Source: Roseateles sp.
Lineage (GTDB): Bacteria; Pseudomonadota; Gammaproteobacteria; Burkholderiales; Burkholderiaceae_C
Reading direction: 5' to 3'
Assembly (NCBI RefSeq): GCF_019237615.1
Contig: NZ_JAFAGT010000014.1
Location: forward strand, 5,805 to 69,804
DNA: 64,000 nucleotides
Of the stretch, positions 1 to 11,586 are shown one piece after another; the stretch's first letter is position 1; every line of letters starts with the position of its first letter. Made by a program: the position numbers and the translations under genes. The notes below the pieces were generated by a model, which was not told the DNA's origin, did not search any database, and saw only the letters and a list, made by a program, of their open reading frames with translations.

Positions 1-518
1 GCCAGGGCGATCTCGTTGTTGCCCTCGATGTAGGTGTTCTCCGGCCCCCAGACCCGGTAGCTGCCGCCGGTCAACACCGTGAAGATGCCACCCTTCACGC
101 CGAAGAAACCGATAGATATGACATTGACCCAGACAAAGAGCATCAGGTGCCGCTTCGAATGCAGCAGCACCAATGTCACAAGCACCATCAGGTCGATCTT
201 CATGACCCGCTTGTAGAGTTCGAAGCTGTCGTCCCAGATCATCGAGAACGGCAGCGTGATGCAGATCCACGCCATGAAGATCATCAGCGTGATGTTCTCG
301 CGGTTGAGCGAGTAGTCGCGCCGGTCCTTCGTGATCAGCAGGCCCAGCAGCGTCGAGCCTGCGATGGCCGCCGCGAAGGGCATGTCGCGAAGCATCCAGG
401 ACAGCTGGTGCGGGTTCATGATGCTGAGCCAAGTCCAACACATGATGCCTATCCAGGGGCGCCTGAAGGATTGCAGGAAGCACCAGCCAATGATGACCAG
501 GAGGGTGATGTCACGCAT
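1..518 (-). CDS. O-antigen-ligase-like membrane protein (putative O-glycosylation ligase of exosortase A loci); 5' part only, continues beyond window start
   Basis: Absent from the ORF track because it has no stop in the window. My own translation from ATG 518 reads MRDITLLVIIGWCFLQSFRRPWIGIMCWTWLSIMNPHQLSWMLRDMPFAAAIAGSTLLGLLITKDRR... and stays open to position 1. The start overlaps the stop of 511..1719 (ATGCGTGA). It is hydrophobic and multi-TM, with a Wzy/O-antigen-ligase-like N-terminus. Confidence 0.6.
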   Translation of the reverse strand, partial: MRDITLLVIIGWCFLQSFRRPWIGIMCWTWLSIMNPHQLSWMLRDMPFAAAIAGSTLLGLLITKDRRDYSLNRENITLMIFMAWICITLPFSMIWDDSFELYKRVMKIDLMVLVTLVLLHSKRHLMLFVWVNVISIGFFGVKGGIFTVLTGGSYRVWGPENTYIEGNNEIAL

Positions 519-1719
519 GGCTGCAGGGGCTCACAATGGTCTGAAAAAGGTTCAGCTGGCCTTGCGTGGTCTCCTGCCAGCCGAAGCGACGGGCATGGCT
601 GCACACCGCCTCGCGCGGCGGCAGAGCCCGCCAGAGGTCATGGGCCGCGGCGGCCAGGTCCTGCGCCGTGCGCTGCGGCACGATGCGCCCCGTGAGCGGC
701 GGCTCGACGATCTCCGGGATGCCGCCCACCGCCGTCGCGACGACGGGCGTGCCGCAGGCCATGCTCTCCAGCAGCACGTTGGGCCAGCCCTCGCGCTCGG
801 AGGCCAGCACCAGCATGTCGGCCGCGCCGTACCAGGAGGCTAGCTCGTCCTGCGGCATGGCCCCGAGGAAACGAACCTGACCGGCCAGGCCCAAGCGTTC
901 GGCCAGTGCCTCCAGTTCGGCCCGCAGCGGCCCGGCGCCGATGATGCACAGCCGGGCGTCCAGCCCCTGCCGGCGCAACAGGTACAGCGCTTCCAGGACG
1001 AGGTCATGGCCCTTGAGCGGCACCAGGTTGCCCACCGACAGCAGCAGCGGGTTGCCGTCGACGCCCAACCGGGCACGCAGCGCCGTGGAGTCGGCGTCGG
1101 CATGGAAGCGCGCCAGATCCACGCCGTTGCGCAGCGCGACCTGCAGCGGGCTGCTCAGGCCCAGTTCGCGCATGCGCTCGACCAACGACTGGCTGACACC
1201 GATGGACGCACTCGCGACGCGCGACGCCCAGCGCATGAAACGCCGCGGCAGCGCATGGCGCCCGATCAGGTTGACGTCGCTACCCCGCGCCGTGACCACC
1301 AGCGGTTTGCCGAACCAGCGCGCCAGCAGCGCTGCGGCAACACCGTCCGGGTAGTAGTAGTGTGCGTCGATGACGTCGCAGTCGAAGCCCTCGTCGAGGA
1401 GCTGTTGCATGGCGGTGCGAGCCCCCAGGGCCAGCGTCAGCGGCGCGCTCGTCATGCCGACCTTGGGCAGCAGCAGATAGCGCGGGTGCAGCACGTCCAG
1501 CCCGTTGCGCTGCTCGCGCGTGGGCGTGGCGGCGAACCTGGCGTAGTCGCCCCAGCGCGGGTTCGTCGACGGAAACCAGGGCACGGGCGCAATCACCCGC
1601 GACTCGACCTCGCCGCTCTTCATCAACTCACGCAGTCGTGTCTCGACAAAGATGCCATGACCAGGCCTGACGCTGCTCGGAAACAGCGTCGAGAAGGTCA
1701 GCACCTTCAGCTTCCTCAC
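511..1719 (-). CDS. glycosyltransferase family 4 (GT-B, group 1)
   Basis: 402 aa with a GTG start in a GTGA overlap with the upstream stop. N-terminus is MRKLKVLTFSTLFPSSVRPGHGIFVE. The C-terminal half has the typical GT4 E-x7-E region (ASEREGWPNVLLESMACGTPVVAT). Confidence 0.8.
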   Translation of the reverse strand: MRKLKVLTFSTLFPSSVRPGHGIFVETRLRELMKSGEVESRVIAPVPWFPSTNPRWGDYARFAATPTREQRNGLDVLHPRYLLLPKVGMTSAPLTLALGARTAMQQLLDEGFDCDVIDAHYYYPDGVAAALLARWFGKPLVVTARGSDVNLIGRHALPRRFMRWASRVASASIGVSQSLVERMRELGLSSPLQVALRNGVDLARFHADADSTALRARLGVDGNPLLLSVGNLVPLKGHDLVLEALYLLRRQGLDARLCIIGAGPLRAELEALAERLGLAGQVRFLGAMPQDELASWYGAADMLVLASEREGWPNVLLESMACGTPVVATAVGGIPEIVEPPLTGRIVPQRTAQDLAAAAHDLWRALPPREAVCSHARRFGWQETTQGQLNLFQTIVSPCSHA

Positions 1720-2918
1720 GCTGCGGCCTCCACGGCTTCCACCAGGATGCCACCGAACACCTCGGCCGCCACGCGGTGGCCGAAGCGGTCCTCCATGAGC
1801 GCGCGCGCGGCACGCGACAGCTTGAGGCGCAGTGCGTCGTCGGCAATGAGCTTGAGAGTCGCGTCGGCGAGCGCCTCGGCACCGTCCGCCCGCAGGAAGT
1901 GGGTGCCATGATCGACGTCCAGGCCCTCGATGCCTATGGTGGTCGACACGACCGGCAGACCCATGGCCATGGCCTCGAAGGCCTTGATGCGGGTGCCGCC
2001 GCCCACGCGCAGCGGGATGACGAAGGCCTGGGCGTCGCGCACATGGTCACGCACGTCGTCGACGAAGCCGGTGAAGCTCACGCCCGGCACATGGCGCTGG
2101 GTCAGGGAAGCGGGCGGGTGCCGGCCGACGACGCGCAGTTGCGCATGGGGCACCTTGGCGCGCACGCGCGGCCACACCTCGTCGATGTAGAAGCGAATGC
2201 CGTCGACATTGGCCTCCCAGTCCATGGAGCCCGTGAAGACGACGGTCGGGCTGCCGCTGGCAGGCGCCTGCCAGGAGAAGAAGTCGAGATCGACGCCGGT
2301 CGGGATCGCGCGGGCCGTCGCCAAGCCCCCGGCCGCAAACTGCTTCGCGTCGCGCTCGGACACGGCCACGACGCGCGTGAAACGGGACAGCGCCTCGCGC
2401 TCGAAGCGACGCATCTTGCCAGCCTGCGACGCCCACAGCCAGCGCAGCGGCGCGCTCGCCGCGTTCTTGGCATGGCGCTCGAAGATCTCGGCCTCGACGT
2501 TGTGCGTGAAGCAGACCGTCGCGCCGTTCAGCGCGTCAGGACGCAGCACGGCAGCGTGGACGAAGTCGAAGACGACGACGTCGAAGCGGTCGGCTGCCAG
2601 CGCCTTCTCGACGGCGGCCGCGGCGGCCTCCGTCCGATCGGCGACGACATTGATGGGCAGCCGGGACAGCAAGTCCGGAGCCCGCTGCCAACGGGCGCGC
2701 GGCGCGCCGGGCGGCCAGCCGATGAAGCGCTCGCACAGTCGGCCCAGTTCACCCTGCCATTCGTGCTGCTGCTCGGGCGTGGCCGGTGACAGCAGCGTGA
2801 TGTCGAAGCGGCCGCTCTCCTTGAGCCCGCGCAGGATATTGCCGGTGCGGATCTTGCCGCCGGCATCGGCCGGGAATAGGAAGACCGGCGAAACGAACGC
2901 GACCTTCAGTCGGCTCAC
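1716..2918 (-). CDS. glycosyltransferase family 4
   Basis: 400 aa. N-terminus KVAFVSPVFLFPADAGGKIRT. C-terminal GT4 motif GGGTRIKAFEAMAMGLPVVST. 4-nt overlaps with both neighbours. Confidence 0.8.
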   Translation of the reverse strand: MSRLKVAFVSPVFLFPADAGGKIRTGNILRGLKESGRFDITLLSPATPEQQHEWQGELGRLCERFIGWPPGAPRARWQRAPDLLSRLPINVVADRTEAAAAAVEKALAADRFDVVVFDFVHAAVLRPDALNGATVCFTHNVEAEIFERHAKNAASAPLRWLWASQAGKMRRFEREALSRFTRVVAVSERDAKQFAAGGLATARAIPTGVDLDFFSWQAPASGSPTVVFTGSMDWEANVDGIRFYIDEVWPRVRAKVPHAQLRVVGRHPPASLTQRHVPGVSFTGFVDDVRDHVRDAQAFVIPLRVGGGTRIKAFEAMAMGLPVVSTTIGIEGLDVDHGTHFLRADGAEALADATLKLIADDALRLKLSRAARALMEDRFGHRVAAEVFGGILVEAVEAAA

Positions 2919-4231
2919 CAGCAGATGCCCTCGTACTGAGCAAACCCGGCGTCGCGCAGATCGGCGTAGCCGTTCAGGTCCACCACGCGGGCGCCCTTGC
3001 CCAGCGCGATGATGCGCCGGCGGGTCTCGGCGTCCGCATGTCCCACGACGACGATCTCGGCACGCGCCAGCACGGCGTCGGGCGTCTCGTGCAGCAGCTT
3101 GTCGAGGTGGGGGATCTCGCGGTCGATGTACTCCTTGTTCTTGCCCAGCAGGCGCGCGATCTTGACGAACTTGTCGTAGATCGCGAGATCGAAGCCCTTG
3201 CCCAGCAGGCGCTCGGCCAACACCACCAGCGGGGAGTCGCGCAGGTCGTCGGTGCCGGGCTTGAAGGCCAGGCCGAACAGCGCCACGGGCTTGCGACCGT
3301 TAGCGGCGATCATCTCGTAGGCCCGGCCGATATGGGCGTCGTTGCTGTCCAGCAGCGAGCCCAGCACGGGGATGTCAACGCCACGCTCGCGGGCGATGGT
3401 CAGGAAGCCCTTGACCTCCTTGGGCAGGCAGGAGCCGCCGAAGGCGAAGCCAGGGCGCAGATAGGCCTTGGAGATATTGAGCTGCTTGTCCTCGCAGAAC
3501 AGCGCCAGCACGTCGCGCGAGTCCAGGCCGGACTCCTTCAGCACGGCGCCGGCCTCGTTGGCGAAGACGATCTTCAACGCGTGGAAGACGTTGCACAGGT
3601 ACTTGACCGACTCGGCCACACCCACGTCGGCGGCGACGAAGCTGCCCGGCACACCGCTGTAGAGGCGACGCATGACGTCGACGCCGGACTCGTCCAGGCT
3701 GCCGACGATGGTTTGTGGCGGGTTGTGGAAGTCCGCCACCGAGGAGCCTTCGCGCAGAAACTCGGGATTGAAGACCAGCGACAGCCGGTCGCCGATCTTG
3801 CGGCCGGCAGCCTTTTCCAGCAGCGGCGCAATGCGCGCGCGCGTGGTGCCGGGCGCCACGGTGCTGCGGATGACCAGCGTGTGGGGGCCGTCCTTCTTCG
3901 CAATCTCGGCACCGATCTGGCCCACGACCGCGTCCAGCGCGGTCAGGTCGGGCATGTAGTTGGGCAGTGAGGGCGTGGCCACCGAGATCAGCGACACCTC
4001 GGTGTCCCGCACCGCGGCACCGACGTCACGCGTGGCGGTGAGCTTGCCGGCCTTGACGGCGGCGGAGATCAATTCCTCGATGCCCTCCTCGACCACGGGC
4101 GACTGGCCGGAGGCGATTAGCTCGACCTTGAGCGGGTTGATGTCCACGCCCACCACGTCGTGGCCAAGCTCGGGCAGGCAGGCACAGGACACCGCGCCGA
4201 CATAGCCAAGACCGAAAACGGAAACCTTCAT
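2915..4231 (-). CDS. nucleotide-sugar 6-dehydrogenase, GDP-mannose 6-dehydrogenase (AlgD)-like
   Basis: Rossmann N-terminus MKVSVFGLGYVGAVSCACL, plus NPEFLREGS and the GGSCLPKE catalytic-Cys motif. I chose ATG 4231, preceded by AAAGGA. The track start at 4249 is a TTG six codons upstream. Confidence 0.85.
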   Translation of the reverse strand: MKVSVFGLGYVGAVSCACLPELGHDVVGVDINPLKVELIASGQSPVVEEGIEELISAAVKAGKLTATRDVGAAVRDTEVSLISVATPSLPNYMPDLTALDAVVGQIGAEIAKKDGPHTLVIRSTVAPGTTRARIAPLLEKAAGRKIGDRLSLVFNPEFLREGSSVADFHNPPQTIVGSLDESGVDVMRRLYSGVPGSFVAADVGVAESVKYLCNVFHALKIVFANEAGAVLKESGLDSRDVLALFCEDKQLNISKAYLRPGFAFGGSCLPKEVKGFLTIARERGVDIPVLGSLLDSNDAHIGRAYEMIAANGRKPVALFGLAFKPGTDDLRDSPLVVLAERLLGKGFDLAIYDKFVKIARLLGKNKEYIDREIPHLDKLLHETPDAVLARAEIVVVGHADAETRRRIIALGKGARVVDLNGYADLRDAGFAQYEGICW

Positions 4232-4249
4232 CCTTGTAGTCCTTTGCAA

Positions 4250-6169
4250 TCAGGCCGCGGCGCGTGCCGTGGCGGTGCCCAGGCCCGCGTTGCGCAGGAA
4301 GGCATCAAACATCAGCAGCGCCCACAGGGGCTGGGCATGGTCCAGCACGCCGCGCTCATGCTGGTCAAGCAGCCGGGCAATGGTCGCCGGATTGAACCAG
4401 CCCGTCTGCGCCAGCGCGCCTTGCTGCAAGGCCCGGCGCGTCTGCTCGCGCAGCGGACCGCGCAGCCAGCGCGCCAGCGGCACGGCGAAGCCCATCTTTG
4501 GCCGGTACAGCACGTCGTGCGGCAGCATGGGTTCCAGCGCCTTCTTGAAGAGGTACTTGCCCTCCTGGCCGCGCAGCTTCAGATGCGAGGGCAAGGTGGC
4601 GATCCACTCCACCAGCGGGTGATCCATCAGCGGCTCGCGCACTTCGAGGCTGTGGGCCATGCTGGCACGGTCGACCTTGGTGTTGATGTCGCCCGGCAGA
4701 TAGGTGTGGATGTCGAGATACTGGACCAGCGCCAGCGGGTCGTCCGTCTCGGCACGGCGAGCGTGGTGATGGAAGACCTCACTGGCATGCCAGCCCTGCA
4801 GCTCGCGCTTGAAGCCATCGCTGAACAGCTGCTGGCGCAGCGGATCGCGCACCAGGCCCATGGTGTTGAAGTAGGCGTCGACCGAGGTGCGGGCGATGGC
4901 CTGGAAGGTGGTCTTGGCGCGGAAGACGCGCGGCGCCCAGTCGGCCTTCGGGTAGAGCCGGGCCAGCGGGCCGAAGACGCCTCGGCGCAGGGCCAGCGGG
5001 AAGGCGCTGCGCATGCGCTCCTCCATCATGTGCATCTTGTAGCGGCGGTAGCCACCCAGGCTCTCGTCGCCGCCGTCGCCGGACAGCGCCACGGTCACAT
5101 GCTTGCGGGCCAGCTCGCAGACGCGATACGTGGGGATGGCGGACGAGTCGGCATAGGGCTCGTCGTAGAGGTGGGCCAGCAGGTCCACGAGGCCGAAGTC
5201 GTCGCTGTTGACGGTCTCGACGCGATGGTTGGTGCGGTACCGGTCCGCCACCATCTGTGCGAACTCTGTCTCGTTGAACTTGGGGTCGTCGAAGCCGATG
5301 GAGCAGGTGTTGACGGGCTGGTCGTCCAGTTGCGCCATCGCTGCGACAACGGCGCTGGAGTCCACGCCACCCGACAGGAAGGCGCCCAGCGGCACCTCCG
5401 CCTTCAAGCGCAGCTTGACGGACTCGGACAGGCGGCGGCGCAATTCCTCGGCGGCCTCTTGCTCGCCGATCTTCGCGTCCAGTGTGAAGCGAACATCCCA
5501 GTAACGCTGCGGCTCGCCCAGAGGCTGGCCACGCTTGACGAGCAGGCGGTGGCCGGGCGCCAGCTTCTGCGCGTGGCGGTAGATGGTCCAGGGGTCGGGC
5601 ACATAGCCCAGCGCGAAATAAGCCTCGACGGCGCGCGGGTCGATCTGCTGGCGCAGGCCGCCATGGGCCATCAGGCTCTTCAGCTCGGAGCCGAACAGCA
5701 GCCAGCCGTCCTCGGTCAGCGCGTAGTGCAGCGGTTTCACGCCCAGGCGGTCGCGCGCCATGAAGAGGCAGTCGCGGCGGCGGTCGTGGATCATGAAGGC
5801 GAACATGCCGCGCAGGTGGTGCACGCAGTCCTCGCCCCAATGCTCCCAGGCCCGCACGATGGCCTCTGAATCGCTCTTGGTGCGGAACACATAGCCGTGG
5901 CCGCGCAGCTCGTCCATCAGCTCCAGGTAGTTGTAGACCTCGCCGTTGAAGACCAGGGCCACCGACTTGTCGTCATTGAAGATGGGCTGCTGGCCGGTCG
6001 CGATGTCGATGACCGACAGGCGGCGGTGGCCGAAACCGACACCGGGCTCGATGTGCAGGTCACCCTCGTCCGGCCCGCGATGATGCTGGGACTCGTTCAT
6101 GCGGTGCAGGCGCTCGCGCTCGGGAAGGCGCTGGCCGCGGGTGTCGAACAGACCGGTGATGCCGCACAT
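4250..6169 (-). CDS. asparagine synthase (glutamine-hydrolysing)-like amidotransferase, XrtA/PEP-CTERM-associated type
   Basis: Class-II amidotransferases need an N-terminal Met-Cys: MCGITGLFD begins at 6169, so the 56-codon track extension was rejected. Also shows HRGPDE and the SGGVDSS PP-loop. Confidence 0.9.
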   Translation of the reverse strand: MCGITGLFDTRGQRLPERERLHRMNESQHHRGPDEGDLHIEPGVGFGHRRLSVIDIATGQQPIFNDDKSVALVFNGEVYNYLELMDELRGHGYVFRTKSDSEAIVRAWEHWGEDCVHHLRGMFAFMIHDRRRDCLFMARDRLGVKPLHYALTEDGWLLFGSELKSLMAHGGLRQQIDPRAVEAYFALGYVPDPWTIYRHAQKLAPGHRLLVKRGQPLGEPQRYWDVRFTLDAKIGEQEAAEELRRRLSESVKLRLKAEVPLGAFLSGGVDSSAVVAAMAQLDDQPVNTCSIGFDDPKFNETEFAQMVADRYRTNHRVETVNSDDFGLVDLLAHLYDEPYADSSAIPTYRVCELARKHVTVALSGDGGDESLGGYRRYKMHMMEERMRSAFPLALRRGVFGPLARLYPKADWAPRVFRAKTTFQAIARTSVDAYFNTMGLVRDPLRQQLFSDGFKRELQGWHASEVFHHHARRAETDDPLALVQYLDIHTYLPGDINTKVDRASMAHSLEVREPLMDHPLVEWIATLPSHLKLRGQEGKYLFKKALEPMLPHDVLYRPKMGFAVPLARWLRGPLREQTRRALQQGALAQTGWFNPATIARLLDQHERGVLDHAQPLWALLMFDAFLRNAGLGTATARAAA

Positions 6170-6357
6170 GGGTTGGACCTGGTTCAGCCAATCATTGGGG
6201 ACTACCGCGCCTGCCGAAGCCGAATGACACGGGGAAAGACGGATTCTTACCGAGCTTGGCGACGCCGATCGCCATTCGCCTCGCCGGGCGTGATGTCGGC
6301 CACGGGTTACCCCCTGTCCGAGGGATGCCCGGCCCACAAACAGCAGCCTGCTCGCGC

Positions 6358-7505
6358 CTAACGGCCCTGCCCTCGTGGCGCCGACGCATACAGGGCGCCA
6401 TAGGCAGCGACCATGCCGTCTAGGCTGAACTGGGCTCGAGCCCGAGCCAGGGAAGCCATGGCAAAGCGCCGGCGCAGCGCCGGCTCGTTGACGAGTCGGG
6501 CCAGCGCGGCAGCCAGCGCGGCGCTATCCTGGGCCGGCACGAGCAAGCCGTTCGTATCGTTCTCCACCAGCTCGGGGTTGCCGCCCACGTTGGTCGCCAC
6601 CGGGGCGCAGCCGCAGGCCATGGCTTCCAGCAGCGTGTTGCTGATGCCCTCGGCCTGGGAGGGCAACGCAAAGAGGTCGAAATGCGGCAGCAGCGCCGCG
6701 ACGTCGCTGCGATCACCAGGCAGCCAGGCCTGACCCGCCGCACCGGCGTAGTGAAGTCGCTCCCGCGCAGCGGCCAGCAACGGACCGCCGCCCAGCATGG
6801 CCAGGCGCAATCTCGGCCAGTCGGCCGGGCAAAGCTCGCGCAAGCGCAGGAAGGCATCAACGAGACTGAGCGGATCCTTCACCGCCTGCATGCGCCCCAC
6901 CGCACCGATGACGAGATGCTCGGTGCGGCGGTAGGGCCAGACTTCGGGGACCTGGGTGTCCGGCGCGAAGCGCTGCGTATCCACGCCATTGCAGATGCGC
7001 AGCACACGATCCCGAGAGAATCCGACCGGGCCGGTCAGATAGCTCTCGATGGCCATGGACAAGGCCACGAAGCGATGCGTTCCGACGCCGTAGATCCGAC
7101 GCAGGCGCTGGTTGGTGCGGCTGACGCCCCCGAGATCGTTGACATCCCAGCCATGCTCGCTGTGCACGCGCAGCGGCACGCGCGCAGCCCAGGCCGGCAG
7201 CTGGAACTCCATCGCACCGAGATTGCGCGTGTGCACAACGGCCGGGCGCAGTTCGCGCAGCAGGCGGTAGACGCGCGGGTAGAGCCAGAACCCCTGTCCC
7301 GGCGGTTTGTTCAGCGCGATGAACTGGGTGCCGGGCGCCGTCACCCGTTCCTTGAAGGCGGTGATCTCGGTCACCGCAACCACCGCATGGCGGAAGTCCG
7401 GCAGGTGGTTGATGAGGCTGACGACGCCATTCTCCAGCCCGCCGGTATCGAAGCGATGCACCAGATGCACGACCAGCGGCCGCGCACCGGCACTCACCGC
7501 AGGAA

Positions 7506-7509
<4 letters not shown>
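6358..7509 (-). CDS. glycosyltransferase family 4, PEP-CTERM/XrtA-associated type
   Basis: 383 aa. PLVVHLVHRFDTGGLENGVVSLINHLP is the characteristic N-terminus of the XrtA-locus sugar-transferase family. C-terminal motif PSQAEGISNTLLEAMACGCAPVATNVGG. Confidence 0.8.
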
Positions 7510-8786
<1,277 letters not shown>

Positions 8787-8829
8787 GGATCGTTTCTCGT
8801 GACTGTGAATTCTCGGAGAGCGCAGATTG

Positions 8830-10386
8830 TCACCGCTGGCGCGCCAGATCGCGGTCGCGGACGTCCCGCAAAGCAGTGTCCAGCCGGGCCCAATGCTGGT
8901 GCAGGAATTCACGCAACAGCGCATCGTCGGGTCCCGCGGCGGACTTGTCCGCGTAGACGACGACCACGGCCGCGTCGTCGCCATGGCCCAGCAGGCTCTG
9001 CCAGGCACCATAGAGCTTGGCCTGCCAGTCGCTGATGAAGGGACGGCCGTTGATCCAGTAGATCTGCCATGCGCGCAGCCGCGGGGCTTGTTCGCCCGCG
9101 CCGACGATCTGGTGCAAGGCCTGGCCGCGCAATTCGGCGGTACGCCAGGCTTGCGCGCCCACCGAGTCAAGGCCCGAGGCCGAGCGCGACCATTCCTTGG
9201 CATCCTCATCACTGACGAGGGCGTTCACGGACGTGACCAACTGGCGGCCATAGCGCTGGTCACGGTAGTAGCCGATATAGACGCCCACCGGCGCACCGCC
9301 CGCTGCGGGCTCCATGCGGCCGTGCAGGGACGCGGCCGGATGCATGAAATGGGGCTGCCAGGTGCTCAGGGGCTCGGCCGCCCAGGTCCAGCCCGGCAGC
9401 GCGGGGGCCGCGAGCTGTGGCTCGCCATGGGCGCCGGCGCGCTCGGCCTGGGCGCGCATGGCGATGGGCAGCGCCAGGAGCAGCCAGGCCAGGGCCAGCG
9501 TCGTTGCCAGGTGCCCGGGCGTCACCCCCCTGCCCTCACCGTCCGCCGCCGGCACAGGCTCGGGATCCGGGTCAGCCCAGCGCGCGCCGATCATGAACAT
9601 CGCCAGCATGATGAGGCCGAAGAAGACCCAGCCGTAGATGATGTGGTCGACGCCGACGGCCAGCTTGTTGCCGGACAGATGGCCCAGCATGACGATCATG
9701 TAGGCCCGCAGCCAGTTGGCAACCAGCGGCGTGACGATGGCCACGCCGACGAAGGCCCAGCGCTTGCGATTGCTGCGGTAGTTCAGGTAGGCGAACAGCG
9801 TGCCCACCATGACCGAGGCCATCAGGTAGCGGATGCCGCTGCAGGCCTGCACGACGGACCAGGAGCCCGACGGGATGACGAACTGCAAGGCCTCGCGGAA
9901 CACCGGGATGCCAGTGGCGCGCAGCGCGACGACGGTGAAGTCGGCCGTGCGATCCATCAGCCAGGGCGTCAGGAAGTCGCCGAAGGGCACAGCGAAGAAC
10001 AGGAAGCCCAGCGGGAAGGCCATGCGGCTGGCAACGGCCGTGCCCAGCAGCGCCGGCACCAGCGCGACACCCATGCCCATCAGCGCGAACTGGGTCGCGG
10101 AATTGGCGGCCGCCAAGTCGCCGGCCAGCCACAGCATACCCAGCGGCAGCAGGGTCAGCAGCCACCACGGCGCGGGCCGCGGCGTCATCGAGGCGAGGTC
10201 CGCCCGCATGCGCCAGACCAGCCAGGCCGAGATGGGCGGCACCACCCAGGCATGGGCGAAGGTCTCGGAGCGGTTCCAGATCTCGACCATGGCCGCGCCG
10301 GTCGCGAAATAGAGGGCCGCCAGCAGGCCCCAGGCCAGGGCCAGGCCGAGCAGGGGCAGCCGCCAGGGCTTGGGCAGATGGATCAT
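8830..10386 (-). CDS. xrtA: exosortase A (XrtA/EpsH) with fused C-terminal EpsI-family domain
   Basis: 518 aa polytopic N-terminal half carrying the exosortase signature residues: Cys in VVQACSGIRY, Arg in ANWLRAY, His in GHLSGNKLAVGVDHIIYGW. The soluble C-terminal ~220 aa is EpsI-like. Confidence 0.9.
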   Translation of the reverse strand: MIHLPKPWRLPLLGLALAWGLLAALYFATGAAMVEIWNRSETFAHAWVVPPISAWLVWRMRADLASMTPRPAPWWLLTLLPLGMLWLAGDLAAANSATQFALMGMGVALVPALLGTAVASRMAFPLGFLFFAVPFGDFLTPWLMDRTADFTVVALRATGIPVFREALQFVIPSGSWSVVQACSGIRYLMASVMVGTLFAYLNYRSNRKRWAFVGVAIVTPLVANWLRAYMIVMLGHLSGNKLAVGVDHIIYGWVFFGLIMLAMFMIGARWADPDPEPVPAADGEGRGVTPGHLATTLALAWLLLALPIAMRAQAERAGAHGEPQLAAPALPGWTWAAEPLSTWQPHFMHPAASLHGRMEPAAGGAPVGVYIGYYRDQRYGRQLVTSVNALVSDEDAKEWSRSASGLDSVGAQAWRTAELRGQALHQIVGAGEQAPRLRAWQIYWINGRPFISDWQAKLYGAWQSLLGHGDDAAVVVVYADKSAAGPDDALLREFLHQHWARLDTALRDVRDRDLARQR

Positions 10387-11576
10387 GCAGCCTCCAGATG
10401 TCGATCCAGGTCGGCCAGGTGAGCCTCCCAGCTATAGGCGCCCAGCACGAAGTCGCGCGCGCCGCGGCCGGCGCCCCGGGCGGCTTCCGGGTCGGCCAGC
10501 AAGGCACTCACGCGCTCGACGTAGTCGCTCTCGGTATCGGCGGGCTGCAAGCCCGGCTGCGCAGCGCCCGTGATCGCGCGCACACAGCTGGCAGCCGCGA
10601 CGACGGGCCGCGCCATGGCCATGGCCTCCAGCACCTTGTTCTGGATGCCGCGCGCCAGCCGCAGCGGCGCGACGACGGCCGCCGCGTGCTGCAGGAAGGG
10701 ACGCACGTCAGGCACCGTGCCCGTCACGTTGACGGCATCGCCCGCCAGCGCCTGCACGGCCGGCGCCGGGCTGCGGCCGACGATGTGAAAGCGCAGCGCC
10801 GGGAAGCGCTCGCGCAGTGCGGGCAGGATGCTGCCCGCGAACCAGGTCACCGCGTCGACGTTGGGCCAGTAGTCCATGGCACCCGTGAACACCAACGGCA
10901 GCTCGTCCGCCGCGAAGGGGCTTGTGCGAGACGCGTCCGGCGTGAAGAAGTCGGCGTCGACGCCGTTGCCCAGGGCCGCCAGGCGCAGCTCGCGACCGGG
11001 GCTCAGCTCTCGGAACAGCGCGACCTCGTTGTCGGTGACGAAGAAGCTGCAGGCGGCCTCGGCGGCCACGCGCTGCTCGAAGCCCAGCAGCTTGGCGAAC
11101 TCGCGCCGATACAGCCAGGACATGGGCCAGGCATGCTCGGGCGCGTAGTCGCGCCACTTGGCGGAGTCGACGTCGACGAAGTCCACCAGCGTCTTCACGC
11201 CCTTCAGGCCTCGGGTGTACTGGGCCATCACGCCGCTGAAGACGACGACCGCGTCGAAGCCCTCGCGGGCGGCCGTCTCGTCCACCCAAGCCTGCAGGCC
11301 GGCGTCGCGGTAGTAGGGCAGGCTCAGCGCCTCGCCGCTCAGCAGGCCGCGCAGGCTCAGCAGCTTGGCCGCGCGCGGGTTCAGCCGCGCGACATGCAGG
11401 CTCTTGCACAGCGCGCGCACGCGCGGCAGGTGCTGCTCGTCGTCCGGGTCGTCGAGGAAGCTGCCGAGGTGGACTTCGTGCCGTGCCGCCAGATGCTTGA
11501 GCAGATGGTAGGAGCGCACCTTGTCGCCCTTGTTGGGCGGGTAAGGCAGGCGGTGGACGAGGTAGAGGACCTTCAC
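10383..11576 (-). CDS. glycosyltransferase, PEP-CTERM/EpsH1-system-associated type
   Basis: MKVLYLVHRLPYPPNKGDKVRSYHLLKHL is the hallmark N-terminus of this XrtA-locus sugar-transferase family. GTG start. Confidence 0.85.
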   Translation of the reverse strand: MKVLYLVHRLPYPPNKGDKVRSYHLLKHLAARHEVHLGSFLDDPDDEQHLPRVRALCKSLHVARLNPRAAKLLSLRGLLSGEALSLPYYRDAGLQAWVDETAAREGFDAVVVFSGVMAQYTRGLKGVKTLVDFVDVDSAKWRDYAPEHAWPMSWLYRREFAKLLGFEQRVAAEAACSFFVTDNEVALFRELSPGRELRLAALGNGVDADFFTPDASRTSPFAADELPLVFTGAMDYWPNVDAVTWFAGSILPALRERFPALRFHIVGRSPAPAVQALAGDAVNVTGTVPDVRPFLQHAAAVVAPLRLARGIQNKVLEAMAMARPVVAAASCVRAITGAAQPGLQPADTESDYVERVSALLADPEAARGAGRGARDFVLGAYSWEAHLADLDRHLEAA

Positions 11577-11586
11577 GCGATCAGCC